A stretch of DNA of 64,000 nucleotides, taken from Candidatus Woesebacteria bacterium (GTDB lineage: Bacteria; Patescibacteriota; Microgenomatia; UBA1400; PJMF01). Positions 1 through 9,216 of the stretch are shown piece by piece; position 1 is the stretch's first letter, and each line of letters begins with the position of its first letter. The notes under the pieces were generated by a model that saw nothing but the letters and a program-made list of their open reading frames with translations, made no database searches and was not told the DNA's origin. Where the stretch lies: the NCBI GenBank assembly GCA_050123235.1, contig JASFHL010000007.1, forward strand, positions 75 to 64,074, read 5' to 3'. Both the position numbers and the translations under genes were made by a program.

Positions 1-1
1 C

Positions 2-200
2 TGATTAGTTGTATTAGTAATTAAATGTATTTTTTTATTAAACATTATATTTTTGTAAGTTGCTAAAGCCTTGATTAATAGATATAGTGTTAGATCTATA
101 ATTTGTTTATTTAATTGATTTTGAGCTAAATTGATCTTGCTTTAAGACTCACAAAAATATAATGTTTAATGAAAATAGCAATTACAATACAAGCTAATCA
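2..200. repeat. ~200 bp nested inverted-repeat hairpin element
   Basis: Inner perfect 20 bp IR attaaacattatatttttgt 37-56 / 151-170; outer imperfect IR 2-22 / 180-200. Confidence 0.85.
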
Positions 201-209
201 AGGAAACTT

Positions 210-839
210 ATGGCTTTGAAAAAATATAAATACAAAAATATCACCATTTCTGGTTTGCCTGGTTGTGGCTCAACTACTTTATTGAATAAACTACGAGAGG
301 TTCTAAAATTTGATAAATGGACAGGTTTTAGTGGTGGTGAGTTTATGAGAGCATATGCAGTAGAAAAGGGTCTCTTTGATGACAATAGTAAATTCCACCA
401 TCCTGCTACTGCTTACGGGAGTGATTTTGATCGTCAAGTTGATATGGGAATGAGGCAAAAGCTGCAAACTCAGTCTAAATGGATACTTGAGTCATGGTTA
501 TCTGGTTTTTTTGCTCAGGGTGTCCCTGGTGTTTTGAAAATCCTCATGATTTGCAGTGATGATAGTGTTAGAGTAGACAGAATTGTTAACCGTGATAATG
601 TTACTCCCAATCAAGCTAAAAAAAATATTCTTGATAGATATAAAGCTAATTTAGGTAAATGGAGAAACTTGTATCACAAAGAATGGAAAGAATGGGTAGT
701 TAAAACTGGTATAGTAAAAGAACATGATCCAATTGATTTTTGGATCCCAGATCTTTACGATATAGTCATTGATACTTATTCTACTAATCAAGAACAAACT
801 TTAAAAAAGGTTTTAGATGCCATCAAAAAGAAAAAGTAA
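210..839 (+). CDS. Archaeal-type cytidylate kinase-like P-loop kinase
   Basis: ITISGLPGCGSTT P-loop, SGGEFMR, DRQVD, LESWLSGFF, YDIVIDT; SD aagga upstream. Confidence 0.75.
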   Translation: MALKKYKYKNITISGLPGCGSTTLLNKLREVLKFDKWTGFSGGEFMRAYAVEKGLFDDNSKFHHPATAYGSDFDRQVDMGMRQKLQTQSKWILESWLSGFFAQGVPGVLKILMICSDDSVRVDRIVNRDNVTPNQAKKNILDRYKANLGKWRNLYHKEWKEWVVKTGIVKEHDPIDFWIPDLYDIVIDTYSTNQEQTLKKVLDAIKKKK

Positions 840-1509
840 AAAAAGAAGAATTGCCAAAAAATCTCATTTATTGTTTTTTCCATTGCTTTTTCTAGTTTTG
901 TTATTATGGGTAGTTTATCGCAGTATCTTCTCCTTTCCAGTTTGGTTTGATGAAAGCATTGGCAAGGCTATTTTTTTCGCTATCCCTGTCTGGCTTTATG
1001 TTTTAGTAAGTAATTTCAGGCCGATTGTTAACAGTTTTGCTTTTTTTAAAATGAAAAGAGGTTTAATGTTAGGTCTGGCTGTGGGTGGCATTTTTGGTTT
1101 TGTAACCTCTTTGATTGGAGTGATACAAAAAAATGCCAATATCGAAGCAGCTATGCTCTTCACTTCTGATAAATTTTGGTGGGAATTCTTTTTGGCTTTG
1201 ATGACTGCATTTTGGGAAACTCTATTTTTCTTCAGTTTCATTTATACAGTGATTCAAGATAAATATGCTCACTGGGATTTATTGAAAAGAGTTTTATTAG
1301 CTTCTTTAATTTTTCTTGTTTTCCATTTGCCCAATACATTTTTGAGATTTACTAGTTTAAATCATATTTTGGCTCAAATATTTTTATTATTTCTATTTGC
1401 TATTGGCCAGAGCTTACTGTTTGAAAAGGAAAAAAATGCTTACGCCTTGGTACTTTCTCATAGTATCTGGGGGATGGTGCTCTTGATTCATGTAAATTCT
1501 GGCCTATAA
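817..1509 (+). CDS. CPBP/Abi-family intramembrane protease-like protein
   Basis: Multi-TM; FWETLFF, FLVFHL and LSHSIW resemble the CPBP motifs (EExxxR degenerate). Confidence 0.6.
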   Translation: MPSKRKSKKRRIAKKSHLLFFPLLFLVLLLWVVYRSIFSFPVWFDESIGKAIFFAIPVWLYVLVSNFRPIVNSFAFFKMKRGLMLGLAVGGIFGFVTSLIGVIQKNANIEAAMLFTSDKFWWEFFLALMTAFWETLFFFSFIYTVIQDKYAHWDLLKRVLLASLIFLVFHLPNTFLRFTSLNHILAQIFLLFLFAIGQSLLFEKEKNAYALVLSHSIWGMVLLIHVNSGL

Positions 1510-1652
1510 AGCAAGCCCGATTTTGCAATAGTCCTTTGGCTATCAGAATTAAGGTCAGGATGTTATAATGATTACCCTGTGTTTCGATTATTTTCACAGG
1601 TTCTGCTTGAGCCGACTTGCTGATGTAGTAAAAATTGAGGATTGATAACTTT

Positions 1653-2189
1653 ATGAAAAATTTAAGATTTATAGCTTCTATAGGCGCTTTATTATTTGGT
1701 ATTGCCATTGTAGCAGCCTCCTTGTCTTCAGCAAGTATTGTGCAAGGCCAAGAAGAAACAGTCAGTCAAAAAAAACTTTATTGGTCACAAACCATCTTGC
1801 CTGACCATATTTTTTATCCCTTTGTAGCTGCTGCTGACAGAATTAAATTAGAGATTGCTTCTCCCAGCGAAAAACCTTATTTACAAATAGAATATGCTAA
1901 TAGACGTTTGGCTTATAGCAAAGAACTTTTGGAAAAAGGCAATCAGGGTTTAGCTTTGACTACTCTTACTAAATCTCAAAAATATCTAATTTTTGCTGTT
2001 CAAGAAGCTATTGATAATGATCAAGCTCCTGCTTTGACAAAAAAATACCTAAAAGATGCACTTGAACAACATATGACAGAAGTAAAAAACATGATTAGTA
2101 AATTCTCTGCTTCAGAGAGAGATGTGATTGAAAAATTGTGTGCTGAAACCCAAACATTAAAGGAGCAATTAGAAAGTGAAATTAAATAG
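1653..2189 (+). CDS. DUF5667-like membrane-anchored helical protein
   Basis: N-terminal hydrophobic segment then LPDHIFYPF...DRIKL...YANRRL; ATG at 1653 preferred over TTG 1635. Confidence 0.6.
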   Translation: MKNLRFIASIGALLFGIAIVAASLSSASIVQGQEETVSQKKLYWSQTILPDHIFYPFVAAADRIKLEIASPSEKPYLQIEYANRRLAYSKELLEKGNQGLALTTLTKSQKYLIFAVQEAIDNDQAPALTKKYLKDALEQHMTEVKNMISKFSASERDVIEKLCAETQTLKEQLESEIK

Positions 2190-2327
2190 TTCAAATTCTT
2201 ATTTTTTGATTGTTGTTTAAGGAAAAATAATTTTTAAGTTTTAAAAACTGATAGTTTTTGACCCATTTGATTATAGTTGACAGGTATCCCCTTTGTGTGA
2301 GATTCTTTTATCCCATAAGCTCAATAA

Positions 2328-2375
2328 ACACAAGTTATTGTGGTTAATCTTTAACAAAGATACAAGAGTTAGTAG
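2328..2375 (+). promoter_or_regulatory. Tandem NrdR boxes
   Basis: acacaagttattgtgg (2328-2343) and atacaagagttagtag (2360-2375), 32 bp apart, resemble acaCwAtATaTwGtg upstream of nrdR-nrdJ. Confidence 0.75.
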
Positions 2376-2402
2376 TTTTTTAGTTGAGTTTATTTTAATT
2401 AA

Positions 2403-2849
2403 ATGCAATGTCCTTATTGTCAAAACAGCGACACTTTTGTAATTGACTCACGTGAAGCTGACAATGGCTCTACTATTAGAAGAAGAAGAGTGTGCAATAA
2501 ATGCCAGCGTCGTTTTACCACTTATGAAAGAGTGGAAAAAATAGACTTACTAGTGGTGAAAAAAGATGGTTCAAAACAAGAATTTGACAGAGAGAAAATT
2601 AAAAGAGGCCTGATGAAGGCTACTTGGAAAAGGCCTATTTCGATTGCCCAAATCAATGAGTTAATTGAGGAAGTAGAAAAAAAATTAAAATTAAAAGAAA
2701 CAAGAGAAGTTAAAAGTTGGGAGGTAGGGAATCTAGTGATCAATCGTTTAAAGAAAATTGATCCATTATCATATTTATTATTTGCTTGTGTTTATCGAGA
2801 TTTTGAAAGTCTAGAAAATTTTGAACAAGAATTAAAAAAAATAAGATAG
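2403..2849 (+). CDS. nrdR: Transcriptional repressor NrdR
   Basis: MQCPYC..VIDSR..IRRRRVCNKCQRRFTTYER zinc ribbon plus ATP-cone. Confidence 0.97.
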   Translation: MQCPYCQNSDTFVIDSREADNGSTIRRRRVCNKCQRRFTTYERVEKIDLLVVKKDGSKQEFDREKIKRGLMKATWKRPISIAQINELIEEVEKKLKLKETREVKSWEVGNLVINRLKKIDPLSYLLFACVYRDFESLENFEQELKKIR

Positions 2850-2855
2850 ATTTAT

Positions 2856-5057
2856 ATGGCACAGAAGAAAAAAACAAGATCTAGTCATAAACAGTCATTG
2901 CCAAAAAGAAGAATGAGGTTTGCTGTGCGTAAGTTAGCTAAGGGTTTGGGTGAGGCTGTAGCTAAAAGAACTTATTTGCGTACAGATAAAGATGGCAATT
3001 TAGAGAAATGGGCGGAAGTTGCTCATCGGGTTGCTTTGGGAAATTCTTCTTTGGCTATTGATAGCAATAAAAAACATCGTCAAGAAGAGTATGAGATTTT
3101 GAAAAAGCATATTGCTAATGCTTCTTTGTTGATGAGTGGTCGTCACTTACAACATGGTGATAAAGATCAGATTAAGAAAAACATGGAGGTCTTTACTAAC
3201 TGTGCTACTGCTTCTAGTTCTTTCTTGCTTTTTTATCTTTTGTTGAATGGTTCTGGAGTAGGTAGGGCTTATGATGATGATTTGATGGTTGTTGATTGGG
3301 ACAACATGCCCAATATTCACTGTGTTTTATCTGAAGATCACAAAGATTTTGTTTGGGGTGAGGATGAAAGTACTCAAGAGGCTAGACATAAATATCATAA
3401 GGCACATTGGTATAAAATACCTGATACTCGTGAGGGCTGGGCTCAAGCAGTAGAAAAAATAGAAGTGATGGCTTTTGAAAAGAAATATAAAGATGATTTG
3501 CTAGTAGTTGATTTCTCTGATGTTAGGGGCAAAGGTTCTTTGATTAAAGGAATGCAAAATAGACCTGCGTCAGGTCCTAGACCCTTGATTAAGGCTATTC
3601 AAAAAGTAGCGACTGTACGTAGCGCTGGTATGGAGCGTTGGAAACAAACACTATTTATTGATCATTATTTGTCTGAATGCGTTTTGGTTGGAGGGGCTAG
3701 AAGGGCAGCTAGAATTGCCACTAAAGCTTGGACTGATCCTGGTATTTTAGATTTTATCTCAGTTAAAAAGAATGGTTTCTTGTGGTCAGCTAATAATAGC
3801 GTGGCAGTTGATGATAAGTTTTGGAAGCAGAAAAGTAAGCACTCACAAAAGGTTTTGGATGCTGTTTTGCATGCTTCTTATCATCATAAAACAGGTGAAC
3901 CAGGTTTTGTAAATCAACACAAACTAGTACAGAATGATGAGGATTTTGATGGTTATCTAGATGGAAAATATGCTAGGAGCAAAAAATATAAGTCATTTAA
4001 AAGAACGACCAAGATGATGGCAGCAATTGCTAGGCATGCTAGTAGTAAATACTACACCCAAATTCCTAATCCTTGTGGTGAAATTACTCTCAATATGTTG
4101 GGTGGCTATTGTGTGATTGCTGATGTAGTACCTTATTTTGCTCCTAATACTGAGGCTGCAGAAGAAGCTTTTAGAGCTGCCAGCAGAGCTTTGATTAGAG
4201 TGAATACATATATGGATTGTTTGTACAAACGTGAGGTTAAAAGGACCAATAGAATTGGAGTTAGTATAACTGGGATTCATGAATATGCTTGGAATGCATT
4301 TGGTTTTGGTTTCAGAGATTTGATTGATGAAGAAAAGAGTAAGGATTTTTGGATGACCATTGCAAGATATAAAAGAGCAGTTATGGAAGAGGCAGAGAAA
4401 TACTCCAAACAGCTGAAAGTAACAGTACCTCACACCAATACTACTATCAAACCTTCTGGTACGATTTCTAAGTTATTTGCTTTGAGCGAAGGAGCACATC
4501 TACCGGCTATGCGTGAGTATTTACGCTGGGTGCAGTTTAGAGATGATGAGCCTTTAGTTAAGCGTTATAAACGCTTAGGTTATCCAGTGAAAGTTCTTAA
4601 GAGCTATCGTGGGACTACAGTAGTTGGTTTTCCCACCCAACCAGAAGTTTGTAAATTAGGTATGAATGGTAAGCTAGTGACTGCCAGCGAAGCAACCCCA
4701 GAGGAGCAATATAAATGGTTGATGTTATTAGAAAAGTATTGGATTGTTGGGGTTGATGTAAATGGTCAAGCTTTGTCAGAAGATACGGGTAATCAAGTTT
4801 CTTATACTCTCAAATATGATCCTAAAAAAGTTAGCTACAGACAGTTTTCTAGAATGCTAAGAAAATATCAACCTTTGATTAAAACTTGTAGTGTCATGCC
4901 ACAAGTAGATCGTACTGCTTATGAATATCAACCAGAAGAATCGCTAACGATTAATGAGTTTATGAAAGTGATCCGTGAGATTACTGATGATGAGGATGTT
5001 TTGGAAGATATTGATTTGGAGCACCTCAAGTGCCAAAATGGAGCTTGTCCGATATAG
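2856..5057 (+). CDS. nrdJ: Class II (AdoCbl-dependent) ribonucleotide reductase
   Basis: FTNCA, NPCGEI, TIKPSGT, C-terminal CQNGAC; follows nrdR; no beta subunit adjacent. Confidence 0.85.
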   Translation: MAQKKKTRSSHKQSLPKRRMRFAVRKLAKGLGEAVAKRTYLRTDKDGNLEKWAEVAHRVALGNSSLAIDSNKKHRQEEYEILKKHIANASLLMSGRHLQHGDKDQIKKNMEVFTNCATASSSFLLFYLLLNGSGVGRAYDDDLMVVDWDNMPNIHCVLSEDHKDFVWGEDESTQEARHKYHKAHWYKIPDTREGWAQAVEKIEVMAFEKKYKDDLLVVDFSDVRGKGSLIKGMQNRPASGPRPLIKAIQKVATVRSAGMERWKQTLFIDHYLSECVLVGGARRAARIATKAWTDPGILDFISVKKNGFLWSANNSVAVDDKFWKQKSKHSQKVLDAVLHASYHHKTGEPGFVNQHKLVQNDEDFDGYLDGKYARSKKYKSFKRTTKMMAAIARHASSKYYTQIPNPCGEITLNMLGGYCVIADVVPYFAPNTEAAEEAFRAASRALIRVNTYMDCLYKREVKRTNRIGVSITGIHEYAWNAFGFGFRDLIDEEKSKDFWMTIARYKRAVMEEAEKYSKQLKVTVPHTNTTIKPSGTISKLFALSEGAHLPAMREYLRWVQFRDDEPLVKRYKRLGYPVKVLKSYRGTTVVGFPTQPEVCKLGMNGKLVTASEATPEEQYKWLMLLEKYWIVGVDVNGQALSEDTGNQVSYTLKYDPKKVSYRQFSRMLRKYQPLIKTCSVMPQVDRTAYEYQPEESLTINEFMKVIREITDDEDVLEDIDLEHLKCQNGACPI

Positions 5058-5141
5058 TCATTTAGCCATCGCTGCCACTACAAATCTTCCGTCCTTTTCA
5101 CCAATCAACTACTTTCATCGTTAGACAGTTTTTTTTATTTT

Positions 5142-6473
5142 TTAATCTGCCAGACCACTTACATCTTCTTGTTTTTTTTCTTGAATTAGAAAATCAGCCT
5201 TTGTTTTTTCAACTATAACTGGCTTAACGTAATCTGTCACCATTTTTTTCGAATCTACCACATTTAGAGCTTTAAAAAAGAAGCTAAAACGTTGAGCCAA
5301 GCTATCACGGATTTTAGCTTTGTTTTCTTCAGGAATATTCCAGATTTCTTGTTTAAATTGTCCCCATCCTTTTTTTCTCATTTTGTAGTGGAATTGAGCA
5401 GTGCTTTGATCAGCTTTTTTTTCATTGATTTGTTCAGTATCTAGCCAATGATAGATTTTATTTAGCAGATCTTGGGGAAAGGCAGGGTGATCCATTTGTA
5501 AATTTTGTATACCAGTAGCTAGATGTACCTCAATAGCCTCAGAAGCAGGGAATTGCTCAAAATATTTATCGTCAAGTGTCGAAGCTCCATGTTGCACAGT
5601 TCCTCCAAGCTGATACTTTTCCCGTCCTAATTTTGAGATTTTATCAAGAATTGAAAAATCGATCTTAATATCAGCCAAAGAACCATCAGTCAAAACTACT
5701 CCTCCATGATGGCTACCTGTTTGCACACTGATTTTACTTAAGCCTGCCATTTTTGAAGGCAAGCCAGCTTTAAAGCCATTCATAAAGGCTTCAAAGTCTG
5801 CTATGGTACTATTTTTACCACCAATGTGTCCGATTTCTCCACCTATAGAAATAGTTATTCCTTTAGGCTCAAGAGATCTAATTAATTTAGTCATTTCCAA
5901 GGAGTATTTAATATTAGCAACTTGTTGTTCTGTTTCTATGTCTTGGCTGAGATCTACCAAAGTAGACATATCAATATCAATGTTGTAAAAACCAGCTTTG
6001 ATTGCTTGTCTAATTAGTTTTTTGATTGTTTCGATTTCTCCTGTTTTTGGCTGCCCGGCTTGATTAGAGACTTTAGCTTGAAAATGATCGCCTTGGATAA
6101 ACAACGGTCCAGACCAATTTTCCCTGAAAGCAGCAGCAGCAATGACAGTCACATATTCTTGAGGAGATTGATTGGTATAAGTTATCTCAGAACGAGCAAG
6201 TTCAAAAATCATTGCTCCTACATTGATTTGTTTAGCAGCCTGGAAAGCCGCTCTAGCAGTATCGTAAGTCAAACCTTTGATATTAAAAGCAGGCACAGTG
6301 AAATCGTGAGCTAATTTATTTTTGGCTCTTGCTAGATAAAGATCATGGATTGAAGCAGGAATAATCTTGTTTTCTGTGGATAGCTGCCAGATTTGGTAGC
6401 GTGCTGCTTGCTTTTGCTCATCAGAGCCAAAAACAGCTTTTTGTACTAAATCATCCATCTTATCTTTTTTCAT
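5142..6473 (-). CDS. fba: Class II fructose-bisphosphate aldolase family protein
   Basis: VPAFN, QGDH, GEIGHIGG, QTGSHHG, VQHGAS motifs; in operon with pgk. Confidence 0.85.
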   Translation of the reverse strand: MKKDKMDDLVQKAVFGSDEQKQAARYQIWQLSTENKIIPASIHDLYLARAKNKLAHDFTVPAFNIKGLTYDTARAAFQAAKQINVGAMIFELARSEITYTNQSPQEYVTVIAAAAFRENWSGPLFIQGDHFQAKVSNQAGQPKTGEIETIKKLIRQAIKAGFYNIDIDMSTLVDLSQDIETEQQVANIKYSLEMTKLIRSLEPKGITISIGGEIGHIGGKNSTIADFEAFMNGFKAGLPSKMAGLSKISVQTGSHHGGVVLTDGSLADIKIDFSILDKISKLGREKYQLGGTVQHGASTLDDKYFEQFPASEAIEVHLATGIQNLQMDHPAFPQDLLNKIYHWLDTEQINEKKADQSTAQFHYKMRKKGWGQFKQEIWNIPEENKAKIRDSLAQRFSFFFKALNVVDSKKMVTDYVKPVIVEKTKADFLIQEKKQEDVSGLAD

Positions 6474-6475
6474 AA

Positions 6476-7294
6476 TTATTTTTGATTAATATTTTTAATT
6501 ACTTTTTTATAATTACTATCACTGCTTACATCGAACCAAATTCCCTGAAAAGGAAAAGCTAATAAGCGATTGTTTTCTGTTAATTTGGGAAAAACATCTT
6601 GTTCTAGTGTAGTTGGAGTTTTATCAGGAATAGCTTGAAAGATTTCATGCTCAAATATATAAATACCAGTATTGACGATACTGGCGGTTTGCCCAAGTTG
6701 ACGTTTTTTAAAGTCCACGATCCTATGACCCTGCATAAAAACATTGTCATAAGAATCCTGTGACATTCTGGGTTTAACAGCCATTGTGACAAGACTTTTA
6801 TTTTGAATATGAAATTCCAGCATATCTTCTAAGTTGATATTTGTGAGGATATCTCCGGCGATAACATAAAAAGTATCTTTGATTAATTTTTTAGTATTTT
6901 TAATTGCTCCAGCTGTTCCGAGAGGTTTTTTTTCATAAAGATAATCAATTGTAAGATTAAATTGTGAGCCGTCACCCAATAGTTCTTGTATTTTTTTTCC
7001 TCGTGAATTAGTGGCAATGATTACTTTTTCTACTCCATATTTTTTAAGATGATCAATGGTGTAGCTAATGAGAGGTTTTTTATCAATCAAAGTCAGTGCT
7101 TTAATCATAGTTTCATTGGGAAGCTTAACTCCACCAGCTAAAATAACAGCGGTTTTAAGACGATGCTTTAGACTTTGTTCAAGTAAATGCTCAATGGCGT
7201 GAGAACGATTACGGATTTCTTTTTTATCAATCAATTGATCAATTTTTTTAAGAGTAGAGCTGGATAAGCTGATAGTTAATCTGGATTTACTCAT
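6476..7294 (-). CDS. Ribbon-helix-helix (CopG/NikR-like) plus nucleotidyltransferase-fold fusion
   Basis: SRLTISLSSSTLKKIDQLI..NRSHAIEHLL RHH then AVILAGG, PLGTAGAI, GDI, NTGIY, WFDV. Confidence 0.85.
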   Translation of the reverse strand: MSKSRLTISLSSSTLKKIDQLIDKKEIRNRSHAIEHLLEQSLKHRLKTAVILAGGVKLPNETMIKALTLIDKKPLISYTIDHLKKYGVEKVIIATNSRGKKIQELLGDGSQFNLTIDYLYEKKPLGTAGAIKNTKKLIKDTFYVIAGDILTNINLEDMLEFHIQNKSLVTMAVKPRMSQDSYDNVFMQGHRIVDFKKRQLGQTASIVNTGIYIFEHEIFQAIPDKTPTTLEQDVFPKLTENNRLLAFPFQGIWFDVSSDSNYKKVIKNINQK

Positions 7295-7301
7295 TAGATC
7301 T

Positions 7302-8561
7302 CTATAATTTTTTGATTAGGGGTTTAATTCCTGGCAACATTTTACCAGATAAAAATTCTAAAGCAGAGCCACCGGCTGCTGAAACATAGTCAAAACGATG
7401 TTCCAATTTAAATTTTTTGATAGCAGCGATGGTATCTCCACCTCCAAGGATGGTAGTGGCACTGCTTTTAGCAATCGCTTTAGCGATTTCTCTAGTCCCT
7501 TTTGCAAAAAGTTCATTTTCAAACACTCCCATTGGCCCGTTCCAAAAAATAGTTTGCGCTTGAAGAATTAGTTCTTTGAAAAGGCGGATGGTTTTTTTAC
7601 CAATATCCAAGTACATCAGGTTTTTATGAGGATGATCGTCAACTAGATCTATGCTGACAATTTTTTTACTATTCACTGATCTTGCAGCCAGTACATCTGT
7701 AGGATAGATAATTTTAGGCAGAGGAATATAGTTATCTTTGAGTAGTCTTTCTTGCTTTGTATCTTCGATCAATTCTTCTGCTATTTCAACATAATCCACG
7801 CCTTGTTTTTTAAGATCAGCTGGTGCATCTTGTAAATAGGATTTAGAGATATCAAAACCTTCTGCTTTCAAAAAATTGTTAGCCACTCCACCCCCAACTA
7901 AAACAGCATCAGCAATTTTAGCTAGATGTTCAATAGCTGCAACCTTATCAGAAATTTTGGCACCGCCAATTACAATGATAAAAGGACGTCTGGGTTGAGT
8001 CATTAGAGAAGACAGAGCCTCTACCTCTTTTTTGAGAACGAAACCAGGATAACTAGGTAGATACTTAGTCACTGCTACAAAAGAAGCATGAGATCGGTGA
8101 GAGGTGGAAAAGGCTTCGTTGACATAAATGTCTGCCAGTTTAGCCAGCTGTTTAGCAAACTGTTGATTATTCTTTTTTTCTTCTGGATAGAAACGTAAAT
8201 TTTCCAATAATAATATTTCTCCATTTTGAGCTGCTTTTATTTGGCTTTCAACTTCATCCCCAATGCAGTCATCAATAAATTTGACAGATTTTTTTAATAA
8301 AGAAGCAAGATGTTTAGCAATTGGTTTAAGACTAAGTTCTTTTTTAGCTTTACCAGCAGGTCTGCCCAAGTGAGAAATAATAACTATTTTGGCATTGCTT
8401 TTGAGTAAAAAATTAATTGTTTCCAGAGAATCCTGGATGCGCTTGTCATCACTGATGATGATTTTTCCATTCTTTTCTTTTAAAGGCACATTATAATCAG
8501 CTCTTAAGAGAACAGTTTTATTTTGTATATCTTGTGGAGATAAAATTTTGAGTTTTAACAT
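7302..8561 (-). CDS. pgk: Phosphoglycerate kinase
   Basis: RADYNVP, SHLGRP, LLENLRF, GGAKISDK, WNGPMGVFE, GGGDT. Confidence 0.98.
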   Translation of the reverse strand: MLKLKILSPQDIQNKTVLLRADYNVPLKEKNGKIIISDDKRIQDSLETINFLLKSNAKIVIISHLGRPAGKAKKELSLKPIAKHLASLLKKSVKFIDDCIGDEVESQIKAAQNGEILLLENLRFYPEEKKNNQQFAKQLAKLADIYVNEAFSTSHRSHASFVAVTKYLPSYPGFVLKKEVEALSSLMTQPRRPFIIVIGGAKISDKVAAIEHLAKIADAVLVGGGVANNFLKAEGFDISKSYLQDAPADLKKQGVDYVEIAEELIEDTKQERLLKDNYIPLPKIIYPTDVLAARSVNSKKIVSIDLVDDHPHKNLMYLDIGKKTIRLFKELILQAQTIFWNGPMGVFENELFAKGTREIAKAIAKSSATTILGGGDTIAAIKKFKLEHRFDYVSAAGGSALEFLSGKMLPGIKPLIKKL

Positions 8562-8601
8562 ATTTCTGCTTGCCGCGCTTGTATCTTAGTTTAATAAGAT
8601 A

Positions 8602-9075
8602 CTAAGTAAGTTTATTTTTAATCCAATTGCCTGCTATTTTGCTTAAAAAAATTACAATTAGGGCAATTAACAGGTGTTCAGTCACAGCTTTCCAAGCAGC
8701 CTTTTTTTGCTGTTTTGCCATCATGAAACTAAAAATTGTTAACAATGTTATTCCCCAGCTAAGATCAAGCATAAAAGCAGTTTTGAGAGAAAAGAATATG
8801 AAGGGCCAGACAAAACTAAGGGCAAAAATGAATTTGAAAAATAAAGTGGTTATGGTAGCTAGCCAGATTTCTTTATGTTTTTTTTTCTTAATTTCTTCTG
8901 CAATATGAATACCTAGAGCATCTGACATAGAATCAGCAATGGCAATAGTCAAAATTCCAGCAATAATGACATTGTTTGAAGCATCTCCAGAGATTAAACC
9001 TGTAATTAAACCTAAAGTAGTGATTATCCCTGAAGTTAGTCCAAAACTAAAACCAGTTTTAACTGAATTTTTCAT
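8602..9075 (-). CDS. VIT1/CCC1-like membrane protein
   Basis: FGLTSGIITTLG, IAIADSMSDALGIHIAEE, about 5 TM segments. Confidence 0.7.
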   Translation of the reverse strand: MKNSVKTGFSFGLTSGIITTLGLITGLISGDASNNVIIAGILTIAIADSMSDALGIHIAEEIKKKKHKEIWLATITTLFFKFIFALSFVWPFIFFSLKTAFMLDLSWGITLLTIFSFMMAKQQKKAAWKAVTEHLLIALIVIFLSKIAGNWIKNKLT

Positions 9076-9216
9076 GATTAAGGTTTATATTAAGCTTAAT
9101 CATGAAATTAGCCAAGAGTCTATTTTTAATTTGAGATTAGATTATTGCTAGATTTTTTAAAATATTAATATCCGTTATATTGATCAATATAGGATCTCAT
9201 GTTAGGATAACACATT

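Noticed and set aside
2856-5057. Intein or intron in the RNR
   Set aside because: Continuous ORF of normal size without splicing motifs
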